This document shows, in pieces, positions 19,169 through 29,234 of a stretch of DNA of 64,000 nt. Both the position numbers and the translations under genes were made by a program. Origin of the DNA: Candidatus Eiseniibacteriota bacterium (lineage in GTDB: Bacteria; Eisenbacteria; RBG-16-71-46; JABDJR01); NCBI GenBank assembly GCA_963762255.1, contig CAVXKA010000003.1:96001-160000 (forward strand), given 5' to 3'. The first letter of the stretch is position 1. Each line of letters begins with the position of its first letter. The notes under the pieces were generated by a model that ran no database searches, was not told the DNA's origin, and saw only the letters and a list, made by a program, of their open reading frames with translations.

Positions 19169-19895
19169 TCTTCTTGCCTCCCTCACGCTTGGACGGCCGC
19201 TTGGCTCCCTTGTCCACCTTGGTTCCGTCGTCGACCAGCTTCGCTTCCTTCCCGGAACCCTCCGGCGCACTCTCCTTCACATCGCGGACCGCGTCCGGTT
19301 CGGACGCCGCTTCCGCGGGCGGAGGAGCGCTGGGGTTCAAGGTGTACGCGGTGGCGGTGAAGAGGGCCTCCACGGTCAACCGCTGGGCCTCTTCATCGCT
19401 GTTGGCGGTCAGGGCGAGGTTGGAGACGTTGACGATGCGATCGAGGTTGGCCACTTCGGCGAGGAAACTGCCGACCTGGTGGTATCCCCCGAGCACCCTC
19501 ACCTCCACCGGGTTCTCGTTGTAGAGTTCGCCCGACACGACCGCCTTCGGCCGGAAGAGCAGGAACTCCACGCCCGATTGCTGCCCGACGAGGGTCACCT
19601 TGCGCAGGAGTTCGGCAACCTCTTTCTCCTCGGGGAGCAGCTCGGCCGCGACCTGCCAGCGCTGGCTGAGGATCTCGTACTGGCGCTCCACTTCGGCGAG
19701 GTTGTTCAGGGTCTGCCGCGCCTTGCTGAGGTCGGCGGAAAGCTGGCGGTACTCCTGCTCGAGAGCCGCCCGATCGGCGGCCACCGCTCGGTGCCCGAAC
19801 GGCACGAACGTGCTGAAGAAGTACAGGTAGAGGATGGCCGCAGCCGCAATGCCGGCCAGCACCATCCTCTGGGTGCGCGCGTTGTGCAAATCCAT
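19158..19895 (-). CDS. pilO: Type IV pilus biogenesis protein PilO
   Basis: TM segment, coiled coil, LLPEEKEVAELL, GGYHQVGSFLAEVANLDRIVNV. Confidence 0.9.
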   Translation of the reverse strand: MDLHNARTQRMVLAGIAAAAILYLYFFSTFVPFGHRAVAADRAALEQEYRQLSADLSKARQTLNNLAEVERQYEILSQRWQVAAELLPEEKEVAELLRKVTLVGQQSGVEFLLFRPKAVVSGELYNENPVEVRVLGGYHQVGSFLAEVANLDRIVNVSNLALTANSDEEAQRLTVEALFTATAYTLNPSAPPPAEAASEPDAVRDVKESAPEGSGKEAKLVDDGTKVDKGAKRPSKREGGKKNES

Positions 19896-19898
19896 GGC

Positions 19899-20513
19899 CT
19901 AGTTCGCCTCCTCAAGCATTTCGTCCAGGATCGCCTCGGCGCTGAAGTCGGAGGGCGCCTCGTCGGGGGTCAGTTGCGCGGTGACCGCGAACTGCACCAC
20001 CTGGCGTCCGTCGATCTCGCCGCGTTGGGTGCTGATCAGGTCCACGCCGGCGAACATGGGCGACCGTTCCAACCGCATCATGAAGTCGGCGACGATGAGG
20101 TTGGAGAAGGTGACCCCTTCTACGCTGACATTCGCCGGGCCCTGCTGGGTGAGCTTGGTCAACCAGAGGTACTGCGGGGTCTCGCGGCTCAGGTCGTCCA
20201 TGGTCCGCACCCCGAGGCAACGCCCCTCGTCGAGCTGCCGGATGACGTTCAACCGGCGCTCCAGCTCTTCCCGCTGGGCGGTGAGCTTCTTCACACGGTC
20301 GACCTGCGGTTGAATCGCCCGCACCTCGTCGCGGATCTCGGAGACGTCGCTGCGAAGCGCCGCCACTTTGGTCCGCTCGAGAGCGGCGGTGACCCCCACC
20401 AGCACCACGACCGCCACCAGAGCGGCAAGCGGGGCCAGCGACGCCGCTTTGGGCAGCGCGAACTTGCGGGTGGTGGCGCGCTCTTCCTTGGGAAGTAGAT
20501 TGATCCGGATCAT
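19899..20513 (-). CDS. pilN: Type IV pilus assembly protein PilN
   Basis: MIRINLLP N-terminal motif, TM segment, P.YLWLTKL, FMMRLERSPMF. Confidence 0.92.
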   Translation of the reverse strand: MIRINLLPKEERATTRKFALPKAASLAPLAALVAVVVLVGVTAALERTKVAALRSDVSEIRDEVRAIQPQVDRVKKLTAQREELERRLNVIRQLDEGRCLGVRTMDDLSRETPQYLWLTKLTQQGPANVSVEGVTFSNLIVADFMMRLERSPMFAGVDLISTQRGEIDGRQVVQFAVTAQLTPDEAPSDFSAEAILDEMLEEAN

Positions 20514-21565
20514 CGGTCATCGACCTTTCTCAGGGCGAGCCCCAGGCCGACCGTGAGGCTGGAGGCCACCGTTTCCGGCCTCCGGTCTCCGAACAGCGCC
20601 GGGTCGTACTGGACGCGCTTGAGAGGGTTGGCGATCTCCACCGGAGCCCGGTGGCGCTCGGTGAGGAACGGAACGAGGCCGGGAATGTGCACGCCGCCTC
20701 CGGTGAGGAGGATTCGCGAGAGAGGCTGAGTCTCACCCGAGGTCTGCAAGTAGAGGATCGATCGCTCGATCCCCATCGCCAGTTCCTCGGCGGTCAGACG
20801 CACGACCTGCCCCAGATCGAACTCCACCTGCTCGTTGCCGCGCACTGCCGCCTCGGCTTCGGCCTGGCTCACGTTGTACGTCTTTTGCACGGCGTCGATG
20901 AAATTGATGCCGCCCAGGCTGAGATCCTGGGTGTAGAGCGGAACGCCGTTCTTCACGATGTTGATGTTGGAGATCTCGGAACCGATGTCGACCATCGCCA
21001 CGACCTCGTCGGCGGCGAAGTCGTAGTTGAGGCTCAAGATGTTCTGGACGGCGAACGCGTCGACGTCGAGCACGAGCGGGCTCAAGCCCGCCTCGCGCAG
21101 GAGGTCCGCGTAGGAGACGAGCATCTCGCGCTTGGCGGCGACGAGAAGAACTTCCATCCGCTTGGGATCGGTGTTGCCGTCGAGGATCTGAAAGTCGAGG
21201 CAGACCTCGTTGATGTCGTAGGGGACGTGCTGCTCCGCTTCCCAGTTGATCGCTTCGCGCGCGTCTTCCGGAGTCATGCGGTCCATCTGGATCTTCTTCA
21301 CAATGACCGCGCGGCCGGAAACCGCCGAGGCCACGTACCGGGTCTTGACCCGCTTGGACTCGAACAGATTCTGGATGGTCTCGACCACCAGTTGCCGGTC
21401 CATGATCTCGCCGTCCACGATCGCCTCGGGGAGGAGTTCGGCGATGCCGAAGTCCTTCAGCCGGACCTCGCTCCCCGATCGCTCCGCCTGCACGAGCTTG
21501 ATCGAGCTGGACCCGATGTCCAAACCGACGATGGGTTTCTGACGATTGAAAAGCATGTTCGCCAC
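20510..21565 (-). CDS. pilM: Type IV pilus assembly protein PilM
   Basis: VGLDIGSSSIKLV, EAEQHVPY, VLLVAAK, DVDAFA, MVDIGS, LLTGGG, GLGLALR. Confidence 0.95.
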   Translation of the reverse strand: MANMLFNRQKPIVGLDIGSSSIKLVQAERSGSEVRLKDFGIAELLPEAIVDGEIMDRQLVVETIQNLFESKRVKTRYVASAVSGRAVIVKKIQMDRMTPEDAREAINWEAEQHVPYDINEVCLDFQILDGNTDPKRMEVLLVAAKREMLVSYADLLREAGLSPLVLDVDAFAVQNILSLNYDFAADEVVAMVDIGSEISNINIVKNGVPLYTQDLSLGGINFIDAVQKTYNVSQAEAEAAVRGNEQVEFDLGQVVRLTAEELAMGIERSILYLQTSGETQPLSRILLTGGGVHIPGLVPFLTERHRAPVEIANPLKRVQYDPALFGDRRPETVASSLTVGLGLALRKVDDR

Positions 21566-21773
21566 CAGCCCCTCTTGAGGTCCCGAGATGTGGGTGGAGC
21601 CCGGTCCTTGACTTGGCTCCCGCGATCCCTGGATGCTTGGCCCTCGCTCCGCCCGCCTGTGGGACGGGGACCGGGCAACCCGGCCTTGGCCCGGGGCGCC
21701 GCACGGGCGCCGAGCCACAGCAGAGCGATAGACCCTCTCCAGGGGGTTCTGCCGTCATGGATCGGATTCGGCC

Positions 21774-23849
21774 ATGGAAGCTTTAGGAAAATGCGCCCAG
21801 GGGCGCTGCACGCTGCATGCTGTGGGGTATCTCGCCCTTGCCGCCGCCCTGGGAATCTGGGTGGCGGCCATGACGCTCAGGGCTTGCGGCGGGGAGATGA
21901 TCCCGCCCCTGGACGACACCTACATCTACCTCCAGTACGCCCGCGGGGCCGCCTCCGGACAGCCCTTCAGCTATCAGCCGGGGGTGGAACCGACCCGGGG
22001 GGCGACGAGCCTCCTCTACCCCCTTCTGCTCGCTCCTGCGGCCCGCGTCGTCGCTCCCGAGCGCCTGCCGTGGGTCGCCTGGGGACTAGGAATCGTCTTG
22101 CTCGCTTTCTCCGCGCTGGCCGCGGACCGATGGGCCACCCGGCGCGTTTCCCCCGCCGCCGGCTGGGCCGCCGGGCTCCTCACCCTTCTCTCCGGCCACT
22201 ACCTGTGGGGCGCGGCGAGCGGCATGGACATCGCGCTCTACGGATTCGCACTCGCGGGGACGATTGCGGCGGTCCCCTGGTATCAGGACGCGCCCGACCC
22301 CCGAAGCGGGGCGCGACGCCTCGCCGGGCTCGCCGCCTGGCTCTTGTTTCTCGGGCTGGCCCGCCCCGAGGGGACCGCGCTGGCGATGGTGATCGCGCTC
22401 GCAGTGGCGCTGACCCATCGCACCCCGAACAGACGGCGCGCGCGCGCGGCGCTGCTACTCGTCCCGCTCGCGGCGGTGGCGCTGACCGCCGCGACAACGA
22501 TGCTCACCATCGGGGAGCCGACCCCCAACACGCTGGCCGCGAAGGCCGTCTGGAGCGAACAACGTCCCGACGTGCGCGCGAACCTTCTGCGGCATCTGCC
22601 CTCGGTGTTCGTGCAGATCACGCGCGCTCTCTTTAGCGACTTCCATTCGAGAGCGTTCGGGTTCGGGAGCGGTCGGCTGCTCGAAGCGCTCCTCCTTATC
22701 GGAACGGGGTGGGGCGCCGTGACCTCGCTCGTCGGCCGGCGGCGCGATCTCGCCGGGTTCACGCTCACCGCCGTCGTGTTCACCGGGCTCGTGACCGGTC
22801 TCGCTCCCATCGACTTCAACATGCACCATCACCGCTATCAAATCCCCTACGTGCCGCTGGCCGCGATGCTGGTGGTGACGGGATGGTGGCGCGCGTTCCC
22901 GGAACGGGCCTCGTGGCGTACACGCACCCTTCCTCTCGCCCTCATCGGCGTGCTCCTCCTCCCGGGCACCGCGCGCTACGCGCGCATGGTGGCGCGCAAC
23001 GCTGCCAACATTCACGACCAGCAGGTGGCGATGGGCCGCTGGATCGACGCGAATCTGCCCGGCGATGCGGTGGTGGGTGTCAACGACGCCGGCGCGATCG
23101 CCTATTACGGCAACCGCCGTGTCGTGGATCTGGTGGGCCTCGTCACCAACGGCTCCGCGCTTCCCAACCGCGCCGGACCCGGCTCTCTCTTCGAGTGGCT
23201 GGCCGCGCTACCGGCGCGGGACCGGCCCACCCACTTGGCGATATTCCCTGCATGGTTCCCCTACCTCCGGCACACGTCGCTGGTGGGGGCCAAGCTCGCG
23301 CAATTCACCCTCGGTGAGAACACGATCTCGGGCTCCGACGTGAAATCGCTCTACGAGACGGACTGGAGGCACGTGGACGCGAGTGGTGGTCCGGTCGTTC
23401 GGGCGGAGCTCGTGGAGCTATGGGGATTCCGGGTGATGGATTCCCTCAACGTGGCGAACCTGGAGAGCCAACGGGAACACAGGTATGCGGCGTTCGATTC
23501 ATGGCGCGATACGCTCCGCGAGTTCCCCGTCTCCGGGCGGCCCGGTGTAACGCTGATCCAAGGCGGCCGTCAACCCACGCGCGGCGAGCGCTTCACGTTG
23601 CGTTGCCGCCCTCGCGAACCCGCCGTCCTGGTGATGCGCACCGAGGCGTTCCTCCCCTTCCGGCTGCAACTCACCGTGAACCGCGCGGCGGTCGGGGTGT
23701 GGGACGTTCCTGCGGAGCCTCTCGTCTGGAGCGAGCCCTTGATCGAGATCCCCGACACGCTGCTCGCCGGAGCAACGGCGACCTTCGAGCTCACGCAGGC
23801 GGACGGAGCGCCACCCTACCCGTCCTTCCGCTACTGGCTGCTGCAATAG
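21774..23849 (+). CDS. Polytopic GT-C-fold glycosyltransferase-like membrane protein
   Basis: DDTYIYLQYAR after TM1, GATSLLY, SGMD, ARPEG, RYQIPY, DAGAIAYY...VVDLVGLV, many TM segments and a C-terminal soluble domain. Start uncertain. Confidence 0.7.
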   Translation: MEALGKCAQGRCTLHAVGYLALAAALGIWVAAMTLRACGGEMIPPLDDTYIYLQYARGAASGQPFSYQPGVEPTRGATSLLYPLLLAPAARVVAPERLPWVAWGLGIVLLAFSALAADRWATRRVSPAAGWAAGLLTLLSGHYLWGAASGMDIALYGFALAGTIAAVPWYQDAPDPRSGARRLAGLAAWLLFLGLARPEGTALAMVIALAVALTHRTPNRRRARAALLLVPLAAVALTAATTMLTIGEPTPNTLAAKAVWSEQRPDVRANLLRHLPSVFVQITRALFSDFHSRAFGFGSGRLLEALLLIGTGWGAVTSLVGRRRDLAGFTLTAVVFTGLVTGLAPIDFNMHHHRYQIPYVPLAAMLVVTGWWRAFPERASWRTRTLPLALIGVLLLPGTARYARMVARNAANIHDQQVAMGRWIDANLPGDAVVGVNDAGAIAYYGNRRVVDLVGLVTNGSALPNRAGPGSLFEWLAALPARDRPTHLAIFPAWFPYLRHTSLVGAKLAQFTLGENTISGSDVKSLYETDWRHVDASGGPVVRAELVELWGFRVMDSLNVANLESQREHRYAAFDSWRDTLREFPVSGRPGVTLIQGGRQPTRGERFTLRCRPREPAVLVMRTEAFLPFRLQLTVNRAAVGVWDVPAEPLVWSEPLIEIPDTLLAGATATFELTQADGAPPYPSFRYWLLQ

Positions 23850-23854
23850 CCGGT

Positions 23855-25132
23855 TCAGCGTTCGCGCCAGCTCGACACGACGTAGGGGCTCAGCGTCGCC
23901 AGACGGGCGAGAGCTGCACTGGAGTACTTGATGTCCGCGTTGCCGCCCACGACCTGCCCCGTCACGCCGCCCTGGCAGAGCACGGAGCCGTAGATGTGAA
24001 TGCCCATCCCGCCGCCGGTGAACTTGATGTCGCCCAGCACGAGAACCAAGCCGTACCAGATGAACTGCCCCGTGCAGTCGAAATCGCCGTCGACGATCAG
24101 GAGACCACCCCCCTCGCACTGCCCGGAAGTGTGCATGTCACCGGTGCAGTGCACGACTTTGTAATCGTCGTACCCGCCCCATGTGTCGTTCGCGTAGTTT
24201 CCGCTGGGAAGGACAATCGTCGCCATCGCGCTGTACGCGGCGGCCATGGCCTGCAAGTCGAGATCGACCGGAGAGGAGAGTATGGACGGCTCCGCCCCCT
24301 CGCCCTCGACGTTGTTTTGCTGGTTGCCCTTGAGGTCATCGGCGATGTCGGCGGGATCCTTCGTTGTCAGGATGCCCGGGACCGACGGGTTGCCGATGAG
24401 AGTATCCCCCGTGACCGGATCCCAGTCCAGCCCGCTCACCCGGAATGCGGTGCCGTGGAACGCGAACTCGTCATCCTCGCAGTAGAGGGCGGTATTGACG
24501 GTCTGAAACGGATACTTCACCGCCTCCACTTCCACGGTACGGTTCGCGGTCCCCTGCTCTCCCTGGCTGGTCACGACAAGCACCGGCATACCGCGGGTCA
24601 GGTTGAGCTGCGGCGCTGTCGTGATGTCGTTGTCATGGTCCCCGAAGAGCATCGGCAGGTTCGAAGCATTGAGTTTGTAGCGCACCTTGGCCCACGGGTA
24701 CGGGATGATATCGGAGCCGGTTTGCTTCGTGGTGATCTCGGGATAGCGCTCGCCGGTTTCGTCGATCGATCCGTCACCGTCGTTGTCGAGACCGTCTGCT
24801 GCGGCGAGGGCAGCATCGGGATCCTGCACCGAGGCCTGCGCGGCGGTCACCACGTAGGTCCCCCAACCCGGATCGGCCACCCACTCATCCTGCTGCTGGC
24901 CGATGTAGTTGGCGCTGTCTACGGGATTGGACATTCGCGCCAGCACCTCACCGTAGCCCGCTTCGGCGTTGAAGAGCGACTGCGTCCACCGCTGATCCTG
25001 TCCGGCGATCTGAGTTTCAGTATTGGTCTGCACCAGAAACATGGTCCCGATCACGGTGAGGACCAGGAGCACGAGAAGGCTGATCACCATCGCGCTCCCG
25101 CGCTCATCGCTCCGAAATTCGTGGCGTTTCAC
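23855..25132 (-). CDS. PilX-like minor pilin with large C-terminal domain
   Basis: ERG|SAMVISLLVLLVLTVIG...AEAG is a PilX-type N-terminus with no Glu5; DGLDNDGDGSIDE motif; GLLIVDGD repeats. Confidence 0.75.
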   Translation of the reverse strand: MKRHEFRSDERGSAMVISLLVLLVLTVIGTMFLVQTNTETQIAGQDQRWTQSLFNAEAGYGEVLARMSNPVDSANYIGQQQDEWVADPGWGTYVVTAAQASVQDPDAALAAADGLDNDGDGSIDETGERYPEITTKQTGSDIIPYPWAKVRYKLNASNLPMLFGDHDNDITTAPQLNLTRGMPVLVVTSQGEQGTANRTVEVEAVKYPFQTVNTALYCEDDEFAFHGTAFRVSGLDWDPVTGDTLIGNPSVPGILTTKDPADIADDLKGNQQNNVEGEGAEPSILSSPVDLDLQAMAAAYSAMATIVLPSGNYANDTWGGYDDYKVVHCTGDMHTSGQCEGGGLLIVDGDFDCTGQFIWYGLVLVLGDIKFTGGGMGIHIYGSVLCQGGVTGQVVGGNADIKYSSAALARLATLSPYVVSSWRER

Positions 25133-25141
25133 GGCGATCTC

Positions 25142-27271
25142 CTAGGGGGTAAGGGTCCAGACGTACGGATTCAGGTAGATCACGATCTCCCCCGTAGTGC
25201 TCGTGATCGCTGTGCCGCAGACGATGTCGTTGAGCAGGTCAAGATACGGCGCGGTCCAGGGCGCCTCGACCTTACCGATAGCAACCGCCGTCACGGTGCC
25301 GCCCGCGTTTGCGTCGCTCCAGGATTCTCCCACCGGGACGATCTCCGAGGATGTCGCGGCCTCGCTGTCGCAGAACCAGGACTGCACCCGTCGGCTCGAA
25401 GTGCCGGCAACGATGTCGTTCGTCGTGTTTCCGTAGTCGATGGGGCCCACCGCCACGCACAGCACGATCTTGTCCGCTACGGCCGCATCGGAGAGGGTCA
25501 TGCCTCCCATGCCGTCGTTGAGCCACACTTCGACCTGGCCGGTATTGGTTCCGGTCTTGGTCCCGGTGACGAGATCGATGTACCCGTCCGCATTCATGCG
25601 ACCGGCGGCGATGGCATTGACCTTGCCGCCCGATAACCAGGGTCCCTTTCGCGTAAAGGAGTCGTTGGTGCCGTTGATCCAGACCTCGACCTTGCCCGCC
25701 TTATCGTTGGTGGAGGTCTTGGTGCCGGCGGCGATGTCGGCCCAGGTGTCGCCGTTGAAATCGGCCACGGCCACGGCGTTGACCGCACCTTCGGCCGAGT
25801 ACACGACCTTTTGGGTGAAGGCTCCGCTTCCATTGTTGTACCAGACCTCGATCTTGCCCGAGGTCGCCCCGGTGGCCACCCCCAGGACGACGTCCGGGTA
25901 CCCGTCCCTGTTGAAATCTCCGACCCCGACCGAGCGGCCACTGCCGGACCCCTGGGCATAGAAGGCACTGGGCGAGGTCGTGACGGCGCCGCTGCCCACC
26001 CATCCCGGATGAGCGCTCGCCTGGTTCAACCAGACCTCAAAACCCCCGCTGACGGTGCTGATCGACACCGCGGCCACGACGTCCCGGGCGAGAGGGTCCC
26101 CGCCGTTGAAATTCGCCGATGCGAGGGCGTTGATGGTCCGCGAGCTGCTGCCGGCGTAGTTCGACGTTGCGTTGTAGTACCGGTCTGCCGGGTACTTGAG
26201 TGGATATCCCTCGAACCACACTCTCAGGTTGTTGACTCCGCTCACCTGGGTGCCCACCGTGATGTCGCGGTCATGCTGGCCGTCTGTGGTGACGTTGGAG
26301 CCTTCCTGGGAGTCGCGTTCATTGAGATCCGCGAGCTCGAGGCTCAGCACCTTCTCGGTGGGGATGCGGATGGGCGGCTCCATCGGCGGCATCGGCGGCT
26401 CCGGGGTGGCGGTCGTGTCGACTCCGGTACTGTCGGCGGTCGAATCACCCTCGTCCGGGACCGGCTCGCCCTCGGGAATCGCCACTCCGGTCAGAAACGC
26501 TCCGCCGAGTTGGAGATTCCGCGGGTGGATGGTCCCGGTCACCCGCACCTGCCGGTAGGAACCCGAACTCGGATCCTGCACGCTGGCCTCGGTCACCACC
26601 GCCACCCGCAGCGAGTTGTACCCGATAGGCAAGGAAGACCCCGCCGGCTTGCCCAGCGCTGTGTCGGGCACGGTCTTCCCGTACTCCGCGCCCGCGGGAT
26701 CGGCGGCGGCGCCCACCAGCGAAGCGCCGTCGACGGCGAGAAAGTCGAAGAGGCGCACGTTCCAGCCACTGTGATTGGGAGTCCGTTGGGTCACCCCATA
26801 GGCAATCACATCCCCCTTGCCCGCGCCGGGCTCGGCCAGGGAGTCGGCGGACGTGCTGATCACCCGCCGCAACACGTAGTCGTTGGGATTGGGCGAGCCG
26901 GCCACGATGGGGTCGCTCGCGTTATTGTCCATGAAGTAGGTGATGCGCTCACCGGGCTCCACGGTTCCGTCGGCATCGCGGTCGATGACCAAGGTCACTC
27001 GATACTCGCTCCCGATCTCGACCGGCACCGTCACGGCGGTATTGATCCCGTAGCCGGCCTGGCGCAGGTCGCTCAGGATCGCGTCGAGCGCAACCCGCGC
27101 GTTCTGCTGGGCCTCGGCGACGGTCGTGCTCACCCGTTCGCTCTGGTTCGTGCGAATCATGACCTGGTAGACGGTCACGCCGATGATCGAGAAGACCGCG
27201 AGGGCCAGCATCGTCTCGAGAAGGGTGAAACCGCGATCACCGCCGGTGCGGATGCGCTGTCGGAGACTCAT
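25142..27271 (-). CDS. PilW-like prepilin fused to FG-GAP/VCBS repeats
   Basis: RG|FTLLETMLAL, QQNARVALDAILSDLRQAGY; C-terminal repeats GDFNRDGYPDV, ADFNGDTWADI, GRMNADGYIDL, each followed by EVW.N. Confidence 0.8.
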   Translation of the reverse strand: MSLRQRIRTGGDRGFTLLETMLALAVFSIIGVTVYQVMIRTNQSERVSTTVAEAQQNARVALDAILSDLRQAGYGINTAVTVPVEIGSEYRVTLVIDRDADGTVEPGERITYFMDNNASDPIVAGSPNPNDYVLRRVISTSADSLAEPGAGKGDVIAYGVTQRTPNHSGWNVRLFDFLAVDGASLVGAAADPAGAEYGKTVPDTALGKPAGSSLPIGYNSLRVAVVTEASVQDPSSGSYRQVRVTGTIHPRNLQLGGAFLTGVAIPEGEPVPDEGDSTADSTGVDTTATPEPPMPPMEPPIRIPTEKVLSLELADLNERDSQEGSNVTTDGQHDRDITVGTQVSGVNNLRVWFEGYPLKYPADRYYNATSNYAGSSSRTINALASANFNGGDPLARDVVAAVSISTVSGGFEVWLNQASAHPGWVGSGAVTTSPSAFYAQGSGSGRSVGVGDFNRDGYPDVVLGVATGATSGKIEVWYNNGSGAFTQKVVYSAEGAVNAVAVADFNGDTWADIAAGTKTSTNDKAGKVEVWINGTNDSFTRKGPWLSGGKVNAIAAGRMNADGYIDLVTGTKTGTNTGQVEVWLNDGMGGMTLSDAAVADKIVLCVAVGPIDYGNTTNDIVAGTSSRRVQSWFCDSEAATSSEIVPVGESWSDANAGGTVTAVAIGKVEAPWTAPYLDLLNDIVCGTAITSTTGEIVIYLNPYVWTLTP

Positions 27272-27291
27272 GGCAATCGTTCCCTTCGCTG

Positions 27292-27687
27292 CTAGTTTGC
27301 GGTGACAAACGTGGTCAACCGGGCGGTCCTGGTCCCGGTCAAGACCGGCCAAGACGCGACGAGGTTGATCCGCTTGCTCCCCGGCACGGGGGTGTTGTCG
27401 GTAATGGTCCAGCTCAACGTGTAGTTGCCGACCGTTTCCGTGTACGTGCCGGCGGTGAGCGCGGCCGACGTGAAGTCCTCGGCCTGGAGTTCATCCACGC
27501 GCATTTGCGCCGCCTGCACGGCGTTGGTGCGGACACGCGCCTGGGTGATGCCGGCCATGCCCGCCGGGACGAGCTGACCGACGGCCAAGAGCCCGATGCC
27601 CAGGAACGTGATGGCGATCATGACCTCGACGAGGCTGAATCCCTCGCCGCGATTCCCGGAATGATGCATGCTCTTGCGATCGATCAT
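27292..27687 (-). CDS. PilV-like minor pilin
   Basis: EG|FSLVEVMIAITFLGIGLLAV prepilin cleavage motif; small size; position in the cluster. Confidence 0.8.
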   Translation of the reverse strand: MIDRKSMHHSGNRGEGFSLVEVMIAITFLGIGLLAVGQLVPAGMAGITQARVRTNAVQAAQMRVDELQAEDFTSAALTAGTYTETVGNYTLSWTITDNTPVPGSKRINLVASWPVLTGTRTARLTTFVTAN

Positions 27688-27697
27688 GGCCGTCTCC

Positions 27698-28177
27698 TCA
27701 ATTCAGTCGCACCTGACCGGTGGGCGCCAGCACCGTGAGTTCCTGCGAGTAGCCTGCCTCGTTGGTCAGGACCACCGTTCCCGTCCCCGACGCGCTGCCG
27801 TTCGGACCGAAGACGATCTGGTCGCCGGCGAAGCCCTCCCCCGCTTTGCTCTCAATGTCCAGTCCTTCGGGCAGGAGGAAGGGTCCGAGTACGGGCTCGC
27901 CCACCTGCGCTTGCCCGTCGGCGTTGCTGTCCCGCACGATCGAATAGGCGTCGGCCTCGAAATCCCAGACGGCGATTCGCGGAACGCCCTCCGCCACCGC
28001 GCTCTGGCGAGCCAGGCGCAAGCGCCCGGACACCTCACGACTTGCGTCGTTGACGCGGTTGCTCTGGAGATACCCGCGGAACGAGGGCAAGGCGGCAAGC
28101 ATGGAGATGCCCATGATGGCGACCACCACCATCACCTCCACCAGCGTGAATCCGGATTGAACTCTATCGGGACGCAT
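27698..28177 (-). CDS. FimT/FimU (GspH-like) minor pilin
   Basis: SG|FTLVEVMVVVAIMGI..LP, LRLARQSAV, IVFGPNGSA, TGQVR; GGAGG RBS. Confidence 0.85.
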   Translation of the reverse strand: MRPDRVQSGFTLVEVMVVVAIMGISMLAALPSFRGYLQSNRVNDASREVSGRLRLARQSAVAEGVPRIAVWDFEADAYSIVRDSNADGQAQVGEPVLGPFLLPEGLDIESKAGEGFAGDQIVFGPNGSASGTGTVVLTNEAGYSQELTVLAPTGQVRLN

Positions 28178-28230
28178 GGATGCCTCCAGGCTCAATGAAC
28201 CCTCGTGCGCATAGTGCCGCCTTCCGGAAC

Positions 28231-28245
28231 GCAAGTTCGGTGCCA
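28231..28245 (-). promoter_or_regulatory. Sigma54 (-24/-12) promoter of the minor pilin operon
   Basis: Minus strand TGGCAC-CGAAC-TTGC is an exact TGGCAC-N5-TTGC match; IHF-like AACAATGGGTTA at 28310-28321. Confidence 0.85.
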
Positions 28246-28445
28246 CCTGAGAGGGGAGGGTGGCGAGAAGGCCAACCGCTTTGCGGCACACGTGTTAAGA
28301 ATCAGGAACAACAATGGGTTAACGCACCCGCACTGCAATCCGAATCGTCTCGTCGCTCATTCGGCAACGCGGGCGCGGCGCGGCGGGACGGGGCGGCGCG
28401 AAACCGTCTGGGGAATCGCGCTCGGGGATGGCTTGATTCAGCCGG

Positions 28446-29234
28446 CTACTGACGCCGCGTCAGGGCGAGATACCAGCCGAGCAGTCCTGGCCCCCAGATG
28501 TAGACCAGCACCCCCACCGGGGCGAGGAAGGTGCCGAAGGGAAGCGCCGTGCGACGGCTTCCCCGGCCGCGAGCGATGAGCGCCAGCCCGGCGATGCTCC
28601 CGCTCAAGGAGGCGAGGAAGATGGTCATGAGCAAACCCTGCCACCCCAGGAATGCGCCGAGCATGGCCGCCAACTTCACGTCCCCCCCGCCCATTCCCTC
28701 GACACCCGTAAGCCTCTGGTAGCCCCGTCCCAGGCCCCACAGAAGCGCGTAGCCGAGGGCGGCGCCGGCGAGCGCCCCGATGAGCGTCACCGGGGTCAGG
28801 AAAGAGGCCAGAATGCCGAGCGCGATGCCGGGAAGCGTGATGACGTCGGGAATGATGCGATGATCCCAATCGACGAGCGTCACAACGATCATCGCCGAGG
28901 CGAAGAACAGCGCGGGCGGGAGCGCCCAGCTCGCACCGTATCGCCAGGCCAAGCCAAGAAAGATCAGCGCGGTGAGCGCCTCGACCGCCGGATATCGTGC
29001 GGAGATGCGCGCCCGACAGGACCGGCAGCGCCCCCGCAACCAGATCCAGGCGAGGACCGGAACGTTGTCGTAGGGAGCAATGCGCGTTCCGCACGCCGGG
29101 CAACTCGAAGGGGGGGAAACCACCGAGCGGCCAAGCGGGATCCGGTAGATGCAGACGTTCAGGAACGACCCGATCACCGCCCCGAACAGGGCGGCGACCA
29201 TGGGTGCGAACCAGAGCGGGCAAGCCGCCGTCAT
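28446..29234 (-). CDS. pilD: Prepilin peptidase/N-methyltransferase
   Basis: GSFLNVCIYRIP, SSCPAC, LRGRCRSC, ISARYPAVE, GMGGGDVKL, LPFGTFLA. Confidence 0.96.
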   Translation of the reverse strand: MTAACPLWFAPMVAALFGAVIGSFLNVCIYRIPLGRSVVSPPSSCPACGTRIAPYDNVPVLAWIWLRGRCRSCRARISARYPAVEALTALIFLGLAWRYGASWALPPALFFASAMIVVTLVDWDHRIIPDVITLPGIALGILASFLTPVTLIGALAGAALGYALLWGLGRGYQRLTGVEGMGGGDVKLAAMLGAFLGWQGLLMTIFLASLSGSIAGLALIARGRGSRRTALPFGTFLAPVGVLVYIWGPGLLGWYLALTRRQ

